DNA from: a virus
Lineage: Duplodnaviria > Caudoviricetes
DNA length: 60,825 bases
Strand: one strand, 5' to 3'
IMG/VR virus record: IMGVR_UViG_3300033142_000461
Span: 1 to 60,825 of that record
Shown here: one piece after another, positions 46,872 through 54,662 of the stretch
How positions within the stretch are numbered: position 1 is the first letter of the stretch
How the letters are laid out: each line of letters opens with the position of its first letter
Program-made: the position numbers and the translations under genes
The notes under the pieces: generated by a model
The model's database searches: none
The model's input: the letters and a program-made list of their open reading frames with translations, nothing else
Told to the model about the DNA's origin: nothing

Positions 46872-46949
46872 GCCTTGTTAGGAATTCCTGCTTTTCCAGC
46901 TGTCTTTTAAAGACAGATGACAGCGGTTCGAATCCGATACCGGGCACCA
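46872..46949 (+). tRNA. Atypical tRNA-like gene; best-paired anticodon TTA (alternative register Lys TTT)
   Basis: Cloverleaf with encoded CCA and TTCGAAT T loop; stem CTGTC/GACAG, loop TTTTAAA; D loop lacks GG; mismatches in acceptor and T stems. Confidence 0.6.
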
Positions 46950-46960
46950 AATTAGAAATA

Positions 46961-47044
46961 GCTGAGATGTTAGAGACAAAGGACCTTTACTCCGAGTCGC
47001 AAGACTAAGACCTCTATAGGGGTCGTGACTTTCATCATGGCAGC
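46961..47044 (+). ncRNA. Candidate structured RNA in the tRNA cluster
   Basis: Follows the same ATTAGAAATA spacer; GCTG/CAGC and GATG/CATC closing helices; AGTC-GCAA-GACT and GACCTC-TATA-GGGGTC hairpins. Confidence 0.4.
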
Positions 47045-47107
47045 GCTACAACAACAGAATAGGAGATAGTATTATGCAACATTAGATAACTACAAAGGAG
47101 TAAATCT

Positions 47108-47401
47108 ATGTCGCGTACATACCGTAAACGTGCGGAAACGTTTGAATCATATTATTCATATTGGTTCGATGCTGGTCTTTGGGATGACGAAACAGAACTA
47201 AACGAAAGAAGATACCGTTATAAGACGAGATCTGATAAGTGGTTCAGTTACAATCTTCCAAAAGGGTTCCGTAATTCTGTAAATAGAAAAAGAAGAAGAG
47301 TTGACCGTCACGAAATCTATAAGGCGATTAACTTTGAAGACTACCCCGAACAATGTTCTATGTGGAACTGCAAAGACAACAATTCTTGGGGATACTGGTA
47401 A
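47108..47401 (+). CDS. Hypothetical basic protein
   Basis: AAGGAG RBS; MSRTYRKR start. Confidence 0.65.
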   Translation: MSRTYRKRAETFESYYSYWFDAGLWDDETELNERRYRYKTRSDKWFSYNLPKGFRNSVNRKRRRVDRHEIYKAINFEDYPEQCSMWNCKDNNSWGYW

Positions 47402-47412
47402 TGAGGAATATT

Positions 47413-47646
47413 ATGCCAATTTATGCTTATCGCTGTACAAATGAAGAATGTGACCATACAACCGAGTCCATTCGGAAATATGATGAAGCTGATGATGAAC
47501 TATTGTGTACTGAGTGTACACATCCTATGGAAAGATTCATTGACGGCGCGCCTGTATCAATCTTCAAAGATGGTACAAGTGTTCCGTTGACAAATTCGAT
47601 GTTGTCTAAACGCCGCCGTTTTGGAACAAAGAAGTCTGGCGATTAA
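47413..47646 (+). CDS. FmdB-family zinc-ribbon protein
   Basis: MPIYAYRC...C.H..E...CTEC. Confidence 0.8.
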   Translation: MPIYAYRCTNEECDHTTESIRKYDEADDELLCTECTHPMERFIDGAPVSIFKDGTSVPLTNSMLSKRRRFGTKKSGD

Positions 47647-47647
47647 T

Positions 47648-47800
47648 ATGAATTGGTTTGATAATTTAAAATTTGAACTCGATGAGTCTGGTAACATCTT
47701 TGTTGAAGATGTTGATAAACCTTGTTTCTCGCCGAAACAACTTTTTGAATATCTATATGATGGGTGGAAAGATGAACAACAGTCCAAGACCAAACAATAA
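47648..47800 (+). CDS. 50-aa hypothetical protein (not in the ORF track)
   Basis: MNWFDNLKFELDESGNIFVEDVDKPCFSPKQ... fills the gap. Confidence 0.45.
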   Translation: MNWFDNLKFELDESGNIFVEDVDKPCFSPKQLFEYLYDGWKDEQQSKTKQ

Positions 47801-48092
47801 CTGGCGTAATGACGGACCTAGAACAAAGAGGGTTCGCACACATAAGAAGTTCAAACGTAAGTTATGGTACTGGAGAATCTTCGATGAGACATATGGTTGT
47901 CTATTTTCAACATATCGTCACGAAAATTCGCACTTCCATCTAACACGAAGATATACCGGTTATGCTGGTTATGATTGTGATAGAGGTCGTTGGGTGTGCA
48001 GACCAGACAATTCCGAACCTCCAATGATTCGAAAGAACTGGAAATATCGCATGTACGACCCCGATAGACCACGCCATGGTCGCACTTACTAA
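47772..48092 (+). CDS. Hypothetical basic protein
   Basis: Probable start MNNSPRP. Confidence 0.5.
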   Translation: MNNSPRPNNNWRNDGPRTKRVRTHKKFKRKLWYWRIFDETYGCLFSTYRHENSHFHLTRRYTGYAGYDCDRGRWVCRPDNSEPPMIRKNWKYRMYDPDRPRHGRTY

Positions 48093-48098
48093 AATGTC

Positions 48099-48159
48099 TT
48101 GACATTCCAGGCCATTTAGTCTAAGATCTATAAATAGAGTTAGGAAAGATAGACTTTCC
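48099..48159 (+). promoter_or_regulatory. Tandem sigma70 and late promoters plus G-ATAGA-C hairpin upstream of nadM
   Basis: TTGACA-N17-TAAGAT; TATAAATA at 48129; GGAAAG-ATAGA-CTTTCC at 48143-48159. Confidence 0.7.
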
Positions 48160-48190
48160 CAACCACAAACACGTTCACGGAGGGTTTCCA

Positions 48191-49189
48191 ATGAACAAAA
48201 AATTTAACACCGCTGTGGTGATCGGTAGATTTCAGATACCGCACAAAGCACACGCCGAACTAATCAAATACGCAAGTGAAGTTGCTGATGAGGTTTTAGT
48301 CCTTATTGGTTCAACAAACCAACCGCGTACATTCAAAAATCCTTTCACATACGCCGAACGAGTTATGATGCTCGATGGGTCTGTTCAACGTCCAAGTATC
48401 ACCTATCGTGGTATCGAAGACCGTTCATACAACATTCAACAATGGCTGACGGCCGTTCGTAAAGTTATCGATACGAATACTACCGGTAAAGTTGTTCTTG
48501 TTGGACACCACAAAGATGAAAGTTCATTCTACCTTGATATGTTTCCAGAAATGGCAACAGATGAGTTTCCAAATGTAGATGACCTGAATTCCACCTCTAT
48601 TCGTACCGAGTATTTTGAATTCGGTACAATCTCTGTCGTACTGCCAAGTGCTGTTCGTTCTTTCCTAAAGAAATTCAAAGATACAGACGACTACAAAAAT
48701 CTGTGCGAAGAACAACAATTCATACAGTCTTACAAGTCAGCTTGGTCTAAAGCACCATACGCACCTACATTCGTTACTACCGATGCTGTTGTCATTCAAT
48801 CGGGTCACATTCTACTTGTTAAACGCAAGGCGAATCCCGGCAAAGGCCTATGGGCACTTCCTGGCGGATTCGTTAATCAGGATGAGACACTACAAGATTC
48901 TATGATTCGTGAACTTAGAGAAGAAACAAAGATCAAGGTACCTGTACCTGTTCTTGAGGGACACATTAGGTTTTCTCAAGTGTTTGATTCTCCTGAACGT
49001 TCACTTAGAGGTCGTACAATTACAACTGCTTATCTCATTGAACTGCCGCCGGGAAAACTTCCAAAGGTTGTTGGTTCTGATGATGCAGAAAAGGCAAAGT
49101 GGACTCCATTGAACGATGTATTCAATATGCGTAATCGTCTATACGAAGACCATGCTGATATTATTATTAAAATGACTGGAGGTATCTGA
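48191..49189 (+). CDS. nadM: Bifunctional NMN adenylyltransferase / Nudix ADP-ribose hydrolase (NadM-Nudix, KVP40 NatV-like)
   Basis: GRFQ.PH.AH, KNPFT..ER, S(T)SIR, Nudix box LPGGFV...ET......RELREET. Confidence 0.95.
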   Translation: MNKKFNTAVVIGRFQIPHKAHAELIKYASEVADEVLVLIGSTNQPRTFKNPFTYAERVMMLDGSVQRPSITYRGIEDRSYNIQQWLTAVRKVIDTNTTGKVVLVGHHKDESSFYLDMFPEMATDEFPNVDDLNSTSIRTEYFEFGTISVVLPSAVRSFLKKFKDTDDYKNLCEEQQFIQSYKSAWSKAPYAPTFVTTDAVVIQSGHILLVKRKANPGKGLWALPGGFVNQDETLQDSMIRELREETKIKVPVPVLEGHIRFSQVFDSPERSLRGRTITTAYLIELPPGKLPKVVGSDDAEKAKWTPLNDVFNMRNRLYEDHADIIIKMTGGI

Positions 49190-49190
49190 T

Positions 49191-49433
49191 ATGATTAACA
49201 ATATGAATACCGATTCTCTAATTCGACAAACTGTTAAACGTTTACAATCTCTTGAAAGACAGATGCTGAGCGAACAACAGTTTATTAAAAATGAAGTATG
49301 TGAATTTGATGCTGTAGGTATGTCCTTTGCTATTCAACAAATTCACGACATAACAACCAAGTATGAACGGAGACTTGTTGACTCCGATGGTGTTAATATC
49401 ACCATGAACTATGGCAACAACCAAAAAGACTGA
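49191..49433 (+). CDS. Hypothetical protein
   Basis: GGAGG RBS; between nadM and nadV. Confidence 0.55.
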   Translation: MINNMNTDSLIRQTVKRLQSLERQMLSEQQFIKNEVCEFDAVGMSFAIQQIHDITTKYERRLVDSDGVNITMNYGNNQKD

Positions 49434-49445
49434 TAGACGGTCTTT
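49425..49445 (+). promoter_or_regulatory. G-ATAGA-C hairpin upstream of nadV
   Basis: AAAGACTG-ATAGA-CGGTCTTT. Confidence 0.6.
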
Positions 49446-49476
49446 ATTTTAAACTATAACATAGGGGTACTATGAT

Positions 49477-50862
49477 ATGAATACACAAAATTACAACCCA
49501 ATAGCGGATACCGATTCTTACAAGCCATCACAATGGCTTCAATATCCTCCAGGAACAGAATACATCTACTCATACGTTGAGAGTCGTGGTGGAGAATACG
49601 ATAAAACTGTATTCTTTGGACTACAGATGTTCATCAAGCAATATCTGTCTGTTCAGATTAAACCATGGATGATTGAAGAGGCCGCTGAGATGTTCAAAGC
49701 ACACGGCATTCCATTCAACAGAGAAGGCTGGGAATATATCGTCAATGAACTTGATGGTAAGATTCCTCTTGAAATCAAAGCAGTACCGGAAGGAACTGTT
49801 GTTGACACCAAGAATGTACTTGCGACCGTTGTGAATACAGACCCAAAATGTTTCTGGGTGACCTCATACTTTGAGACTGCTATTCTACGTGCGATTTGGT
49901 ATCCAACAACTGTAGCAACACAGTCAAAGATTGTGAAGAACAAAATCTCTATCGCAATGGACATCTCTTCTGATGACATCGAGAAAGCAGGTCTTGCCTT
50001 CAAACTGCACGACTTTGGTGCTCGCGGTGTTAGTTCAATGGAGAGCGCCGCTATCGGTGGTCTTGCTCACCTTGTGAACTTCATGGGCACTGATACTATC
50101 TCCGCTCTGATTGCAGGACGTAGATTCTACAATGCACCTATGGCTGGATTCTCTATCCCTGCGACTGAACACAGTACCATTACCTCATGGGGTAAGGATG
50201 GCGAAGAGAAAGCATACAGAAACTTTGTAGAACAATATGGTGGAACATACCCTATCATTGCTTGTGTTATTGATTCATACAATGACCGAAACGCTGTTGA
50301 TAATATCATCGGAAACAGAATGAAGGAAATGATTCTGCAATCTGGTTCTATGTTCGTTGCTCGACCTGATAGTGGTGACCCTGTTGAGGTTGTTATCGAC
50401 ATTCTCAAATCGCTGTGGAAATCATACGGCGGAGAAATCAACAACAAAGGATACAAGGTGCTTGATAATGTTCGCGTTATTCAAGGCGATGGTATCAACC
50501 CTACCTCTCTTGGTCAGATTGTTGATGCAGTTATCGAGAATGGTTTCTCTATCGACAACGTTGCTTTTGGTATGGGTGGCGGTCTTCTGCAACAAGTAGA
50601 CCGTGATACTCAACAGTTTGCTATGAAGTGTTCCGCTATCAAGGTTGGTGATGAATGGAGAGATGTATTCAAGACACCTGTTGGTGACCAGAGTAAGGCA
50701 TCTAAGAAAGGTATTCTTTCTCTGAACCTCAACGATGGCAAGTATCAAACACTTCCATACTCCGTTGGTGCCGAAGGCGACCAGCTGAAAACAGTATTCC
50801 GTAATGGTGAACTGATTCGTGAATATGACTTTGACGAAGTTCGCGCAAATTCAAACAAATAG
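49477..50862 (+). CDS. nadV: Nicotinamide phosphoribosyltransferase
   Basis: TDSYK, LHDFGARG, PATEHS, RPDSGDP, QGDGI, FGMGGGLLQ. Confidence 0.97.
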   Translation: MNTQNYNPIADTDSYKPSQWLQYPPGTEYIYSYVESRGGEYDKTVFFGLQMFIKQYLSVQIKPWMIEEAAEMFKAHGIPFNREGWEYIVNELDGKIPLEIKAVPEGTVVDTKNVLATVVNTDPKCFWVTSYFETAILRAIWYPTTVATQSKIVKNKISIAMDISSDDIEKAGLAFKLHDFGARGVSSMESAAIGGLAHLVNFMGTDTISALIAGRRFYNAPMAGFSIPATEHSTITSWGKDGEEKAYRNFVEQYGGTYPIIACVIDSYNDRNAVDNIIGNRMKEMILQSGSMFVARPDSGDPVEVVIDILKSLWKSYGGEINNKGYKVLDNVRVIQGDGINPTSLGQIVDAVIENGFSIDNVAFGMGGGLLQQVDRDTQQFAMKCSAIKVGDEWRDVFKTPVGDQSKASKKGILSLNLNDGKYQTLPYSVGAEGDQLKTVFRNGELIREYDFDEVRANSNK

Positions 50863-50873
50863 GAGAGAATAGT

Positions 50874-51074
50874 ATGACTGTTGTAATTGTGGACGAAAAA
50901 CCTGACTATAGTGTTATCAAGAGAGTCATTTGTAATAACTGTGGTATCAAATTGGAGTATACTCCAGATGATGTTACAAAGGAATCAAGAATGGATTACA
51001 CCGGTTCTAGTGATACATATAGTTTCATTAACTGTCCGAAGTGCAAGAAAGACATTACTGTATCTGTTCGATAG
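50874..51074 (+). CDS. Zinc-ribbon protein
   Basis: CNNC...CPKC. Confidence 0.75.
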   Translation: MTVVIVDEKPDYSVIKRVICNNCGIKLEYTPDDVTKESRMDYTGSSDTYSFINCPKCKKDITVSVR

Positions 51075-51083
51075 GAGATTATT

Positions 51084-51878
51084 ATGTTTGAAGAATGTAC
51101 AAGTAAGTCATTCGCTAACGGTAAAGTATACCTGCTTAAGGATGAGCAGGGTTACCCTATCGAAGTTACCGATACGTTTCTACCTTTCTACACAAAGGAT
51201 GCTGTAGGAAAGAATCAGAACGCCTTGGAAGATTATGACCTTGGTTCAAGAGATGAACGATGGATGGTAGGTGTTTCTACTATGAGCGGTTGTCCTGTAC
51301 GATGCAAGTTCTGTGCCACAGGCAAACTCAGAAAATCGAGAATGTTGACCGCTGGTGAGATTGTCAGACAAGTCGAGTTCGTTTTGGATAAGAATTTCTG
51401 TAAGATTCCTTCTGATGCTAAAGAGTTCAAGATTAACTATACCCGCATGGGAGAACCTTTCTTGAATATCGAGGCAGTTAAACAAGCAATCGATATCATC
51501 GATGAACGATATGGTGCTGAGAATGTTCATCACTATGTCAGCACTATTGGTATCGAAGGTGCCGACTTTAGTTGGATTAAAGAGAATGTAACCCTTCAAT
51601 TCAGTGTACACTCCTTTGATGAAGAGTATCGTGATTGGTTAATTCCTTATCGTAAAAAGATGAAAGTTTCTGAAATGGGTGATGTCAGAACTGATAGTAA
51701 ACTAAAGACCACCTTGAATATGACTATGCTTAGAGAAGAGGACTTTGATATTGTCAAGATGAAGCAATACTTTGACCCCAAAGAGTTCTTTATTAAGATT
51801 AGTCCTGTGAACCCAAACGATGTTGCTGAAGAGAATGGCATCTCGGATGGAATTATAACTCAACAAAACCTTGTATAG
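51084..51878 (+). CDS. RlmN/Cfr-like radical SAM enzyme, lacking the C-terminal segment
   Basis: GCPVRCKFCATG (CxxxCxxC), EIVRQV, MGEP, VST.G, SVH. Confidence 0.88.
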   Translation: MFEECTSKSFANGKVYLLKDEQGYPIEVTDTFLPFYTKDAVGKNQNALEDYDLGSRDERWMVGVSTMSGCPVRCKFCATGKLRKSRMLTAGEIVRQVEFVLDKNFCKIPSDAKEFKINYTRMGEPFLNIEAVKQAIDIIDERYGAENVHHYVSTIGIEGADFSWIKENVTLQFSVHSFDEEYRDWLIPYRKKMKVSEMGDVRTDSKLKTTLNMTMLREEDFDIVKMKQYFDPKEFFIKISPVNPNDVAEENGISDGIITQQNLV

Positions 51879-51888
51879 GAGAACAACT

Positions 51889-52029
51889 ATGGAAAATTCT
51901 GTAGAACAACACATCAAGAATCAACTTGATGGAGAAGGATATGACTACGCTGTGGCGATTGCCACCCAAGCAGAGATTGATGCTGGTGCTGCCTGTGGCC
52001 AATTGTCTATTATCGAAGAAAACTTGTAG
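51889..52029 (+). CDS. 46-aa peptide carrying the RlmN C-terminal catalytic motif AACGQL (not in the ORF track)
   Basis: Own AGGAG RBS; MENSVEQHIKNQLDGEGYDYAVAIATQAEIDAGAACGQLSIIEENL. Confidence 0.85.
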   Translation: MENSVEQHIKNQLDGEGYDYAVAIATQAEIDAGAACGQLSIIEENL

Positions 52030-52031
52030 TT

Positions 52032-52060
52032 AAAATGCTCCCTTTATTGGGGGCATTTTT
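52032..52060 (+). terminator. Rho-independent terminator
   Basis: AAAATGCTCCC-TTTATTG-GGGGCATTTTT hairpin with T tract. Confidence 0.75.
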
Positions 52061-52071
52061 GTTTGTACTGT

Positions 52072-52173
52072 ATAAATATAACTTATACCCATATAGAAAA
52101 CTTATGTGCTTAAGTGGTTGACTCCATTGGTCATACCTGTATAATTGGTACTTAACTGTGAGAACAAGAACAA
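52072..52173 (+). promoter_or_regulatory. Early promoter cassette copy 6 (shortened)
   Basis: ATAA-N7-TTAT-N6-ATAG; TTGACT-N16-TATAAT; no GAGAGAG leader. Confidence 0.7.
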
Positions 52174-52665
52174 ATGACGAAAATTAAAACTGTGTACCTT
52201 GATATGGACGGCGTTCTGGCTGACTTTGTTGCCGGATATAACAACATTTATGGTACGTTCAAGGAAGGCGATGTGGTGAGTGACGATTTCAAAGAGGGGT
52301 TCGCAAAGGACAACTTCTTCCGTTTCTTGCCTTTGATGCCGAACGCTAAGAAACTTGTGAAACTTCTTGAGACATATGATGTCAATATCGAGATTCTAAC
52401 CTCGGTTGGCAAATTCAACTCAAAAGATGTATCGGTTGACAAAGTAATGTGGCTCAAGAAGCACTTCCCACAATTAGTGTCAAAATTCAACTACGTGACT
52501 AAGAGTAATGACAAGGCCAGATGGGCCTCGGAAGACACTCTTCTTGTTGATGACCGTATCAAGTGTGTTGTCCCTTTTGAGAAGAAAGGCGGCAACGTGA
52601 TCCTATATAAGGCAAAGTCTTTCAGCGCAAATGCCAAGACTATCGATAAATTACTGAATAAATAA
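52174..52665 (+). CDS. HAD-superfamily 5'(3')-deoxyribonucleotidase (NT5C-like)
   Basis: LDMDGVLADF, ILTS, K..WL, LVDDR. Confidence 0.9.
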   Translation: MTKIKTVYLDMDGVLADFVAGYNNIYGTFKEGDVVSDDFKEGFAKDNFFRFLPLMPNAKKLVKLLETYDVNIEILTSVGKFNSKDVSVDKVMWLKKHFPQLVSKFNYVTKSNDKARWASEDTLLVDDRIKCVVPFEKKGGNVILYKAKSFSANAKTIDKLLNK

Positions 52666-52668
52666 ATA
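52657..52668 (+). promoter_or_regulatory. Late promoter for the CTS gene array
   Basis: AATAAATAAATA ~25 nt before ATG 52693. Confidence 0.65.
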
Positions 52669-52692
52669 GATATAACTATTAAGGGTATATCT

Positions 52693-52899
52693 ATGAGTAA
52701 AACAATTCAAGAATATTTGAACGAGGCATACGATGTCAAGTTCAAAGGTAAAGATACAACAATGGAAGTCAACTCGACTGTCCGTTCACTAATGTTCACC
52801 ATCAAAGACAAGAAAGGTGATATCCTTGGCTTTCATATGATCAAGGGTAAAGAAATCAAAGAACTACTAAAATACATCGATGACGAAATCGTTCTGTAG
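52693..52899 (+). CDS. Putative internal head protein (CTS MSKTIQEYLNE)
   Basis: CTS-like N-terminus. Confidence 0.7.
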   Translation: MSKTIQEYLNEAYDVKFKGKDTTMEVNSTVRSLMFTIKDKKGDILGFHMIKGKEIKELLKYIDDEIVL

Positions 52900-53192
52900 T
52901 GAAATCATTCAAACAACATCTCAATGAAAAGATGAAGTGGGAACAGAAGTGGTACAAACACATGTACACTAATGTCCATTCTCCTAAACCACAAAAGATA
53001 TACTCTTATCATTCTCCTGATGGTAGATTCGATATTACCATATCCGGCGATTCCCCTACAGGTGTGCATAAACCAAACGATAAAAGAACTTATTGGATGG
53101 TGTGGGATAACGAGAATAAGAAACCTGGTATGGCTACAACATTCACAACCTATAAAAAGGCAATGAAGGCTGTAGAGGATAGATATTACTAG
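52899..53192 (+). CDS. Putative internal head protein (CTS MKSFKQHLNE)
   Basis: CTS-like N-terminus; TAGTG coupling. Confidence 0.7.
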   Translation: MKSFKQHLNEKMKWEQKWYKHMYTNVHSPKPQKIYSYHSPDGRFDITISGDSPTGVHKPNDKRTYWMVWDNENKKPGMATTFTTYKKAMKAVEDRYY

Positions 53193-53818
53193 TGTTAAAA
53201 TTTAAACAGTACATCTCTGAGAAGATATACAACTCACACAATATGGACTATAGTGTCCTTATGGGTGAGATAGTTGATGCTTCAAAGAAACTCGGTACAA
53301 CCTCTATTATATATAGGGGTTTTTCTACATCCGGCGCTGGCGGAATGATGAAGGTTACCAATGAACGAGAGGGATTCTATGGCTCACTTGATGACAACGC
53401 AAAACAATTACTTAAACAACTCGGTGTTAAGAATCCATACTTCGCGACCCGCAGCAAACTCAAAGCGGGTATGTTTGGTTCTGTCTACATCTTGGTACCC
53501 TCTGGCAAATTCTCTGCATATCAATCAAAATCCCACAGCGACCTGTTATCCGGATTCAGAGATACCGATGATGATATCAATACTATCGCAAAGACGTACC
53601 AGAAAACTCTGAAATCTGTTAACGATATGGAAATAATCTTTGATGGTAAAGAATACTATTTGATTGATATTGGTTGGGTCTTGAATAACATAGACCGTGG
53701 TAACAAGTTTCAGAAGTTTACCAAGGATAAGATAAATACATACAAAGATTTATACAATGCCCTTAAAAGTATTAAGTCATTCTATGATTGGAAAGAAAAA
53801 CAAAGAGAAAAGAAATGA
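53192..53818 (+). CDS. Putative internal head protein (CTS MLKFKQYISE), possible ADP-ribosyltransferase-like fold
   Basis: CTS; IYRG...FATRS...A.MFG.VY...EIIF. Confidence 0.6.
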   Translation: MLKFKQYISEKIYNSHNMDYSVLMGEIVDASKKLGTTSIIYRGFSTSGAGGMMKVTNEREGFYGSLDDNAKQLLKQLGVKNPYFATRSKLKAGMFGSVYILVPSGKFSAYQSKSHSDLLSGFRDTDDDINTIAKTYQKTLKSVNDMEIIFDGKEYYLIDIGWVLNNIDRGNKFQKFTKDKINTYKDLYNALKSIKSFYDWKEKQREKK

Positions 53819-54117
53819 AGTCATTTAAAACATTCAATGAGGCTGCAAAGGACGAATATAGTCTATATCATGATAGTCTCACGTCCGCTGTTCAAGAAGT
53901 TGAACGATTTGTGCAACGTAAAGGGTTCTCTATGGACGATGAAGAAGCCGCTGAGAGAATTGGTCTAGGTCCACGTAAACCTTCTAAAGGTAAGACAAAC
54001 AAGTACACATTGACTCTATACAAGAATGGTAAAGAACAACGCAAGGCGATTCATTTCCAAGTCTATAATCGTGGTACCAACAACAATACCTACGAACTCA
54101 ACGCTTACATTTCATAG
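53815..54117 (+). CDS. Putative internal head protein (CTS MKSFKTFNE)
   Basis: ATG at 53815; ends QVYN...YELNAYIS. Confidence 0.7.
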   Translation: MKSFKTFNEAAKDEYSLYHDSLTSAVQEVERFVQRKGFSMDDEEAAERIGLGPRKPSKGKTNKYTLTLYKNGKEQRKAIHFQVYNRGTNNNTYELNAYIS

Positions 54118-54126
54118 GATATCACG

Positions 54127-54375
54127 ATGAAAACAGTTAAAGAATTCTTGGCCGAAGGCAAATATCAACAACAATGGAAAAGAAAACCTATCAAGGTAGG
54201 TAAACTAGAACTTGTTGTTAATGATAATGACGTACACTCCATTGTTAAGAATGGAAAAGAAGTAGCGACATTTGCTTTCGACTCTGGTAGTGATTCGTTT
54301 TGGGTAACAGACAAAACAAAGAAAGGTCAGACATCATATGAAACAATTGACGATATAGTAAAGGCATACAAATGA
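54127..54375 (+). CDS. Putative internal head protein (CTS MKTVKEFLAE)
   Basis: CTS-like N-terminus. Confidence 0.75.
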   Translation: MKTVKEFLAEGKYQQQWKRKPIKVGKLELVVNDNDVHSIVKNGKEVATFAFDSGSDSFWVTDKTKKGQTSYETIDDIVKAYK

Positions 54376-54662
54376 AAACAGTAAAAGAATTTCTATCAGA
54401 AGCTGAAACTAAAGAGGATGTTGTATACCTATTCGTAGGGAAAAATCATCCCGGTTTGAGTGTATCGCCAGGAAAATACAAGATTGTGAATATAGTTAAA
54501 AAGTCTTCAAAGTTGTTTGAGGTAGAATTCAAGGCGAAAGGAAAATCAATATATTTTGATTCTGATGGGTCATTACCAAAAACACTAAAGATTAAGAACG
54601 GAGCAAATATGCCTGTTGGCATTGTAATGGCGCTTGGTATCTTGGAAAGGAGTATCAAATAA
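54372..54662 (+). CDS. Putative internal head protein (CTS MKTVKEFLSE)
   Basis: CTS-like N-terminus. Confidence 0.75.
   Translation: MKTVKEFLSEAETKEDVVYLFVGKNHPGLSVSPGKYKIVNIVKKSSKLFEVEFKAKGKSIYFDSDGSLPKTLKIKNGANMPVGIVMALGILERSIK

Noticed and set aside
51876-51891. RlmN split as TAG read-through, frameshift or pseudogene
   Set aside because: The downstream part is in the +1 frame with a well-spaced AGGAG and ATG and intact motifs; no slippery site is seen. A sequencing error cannot be formally excluded.
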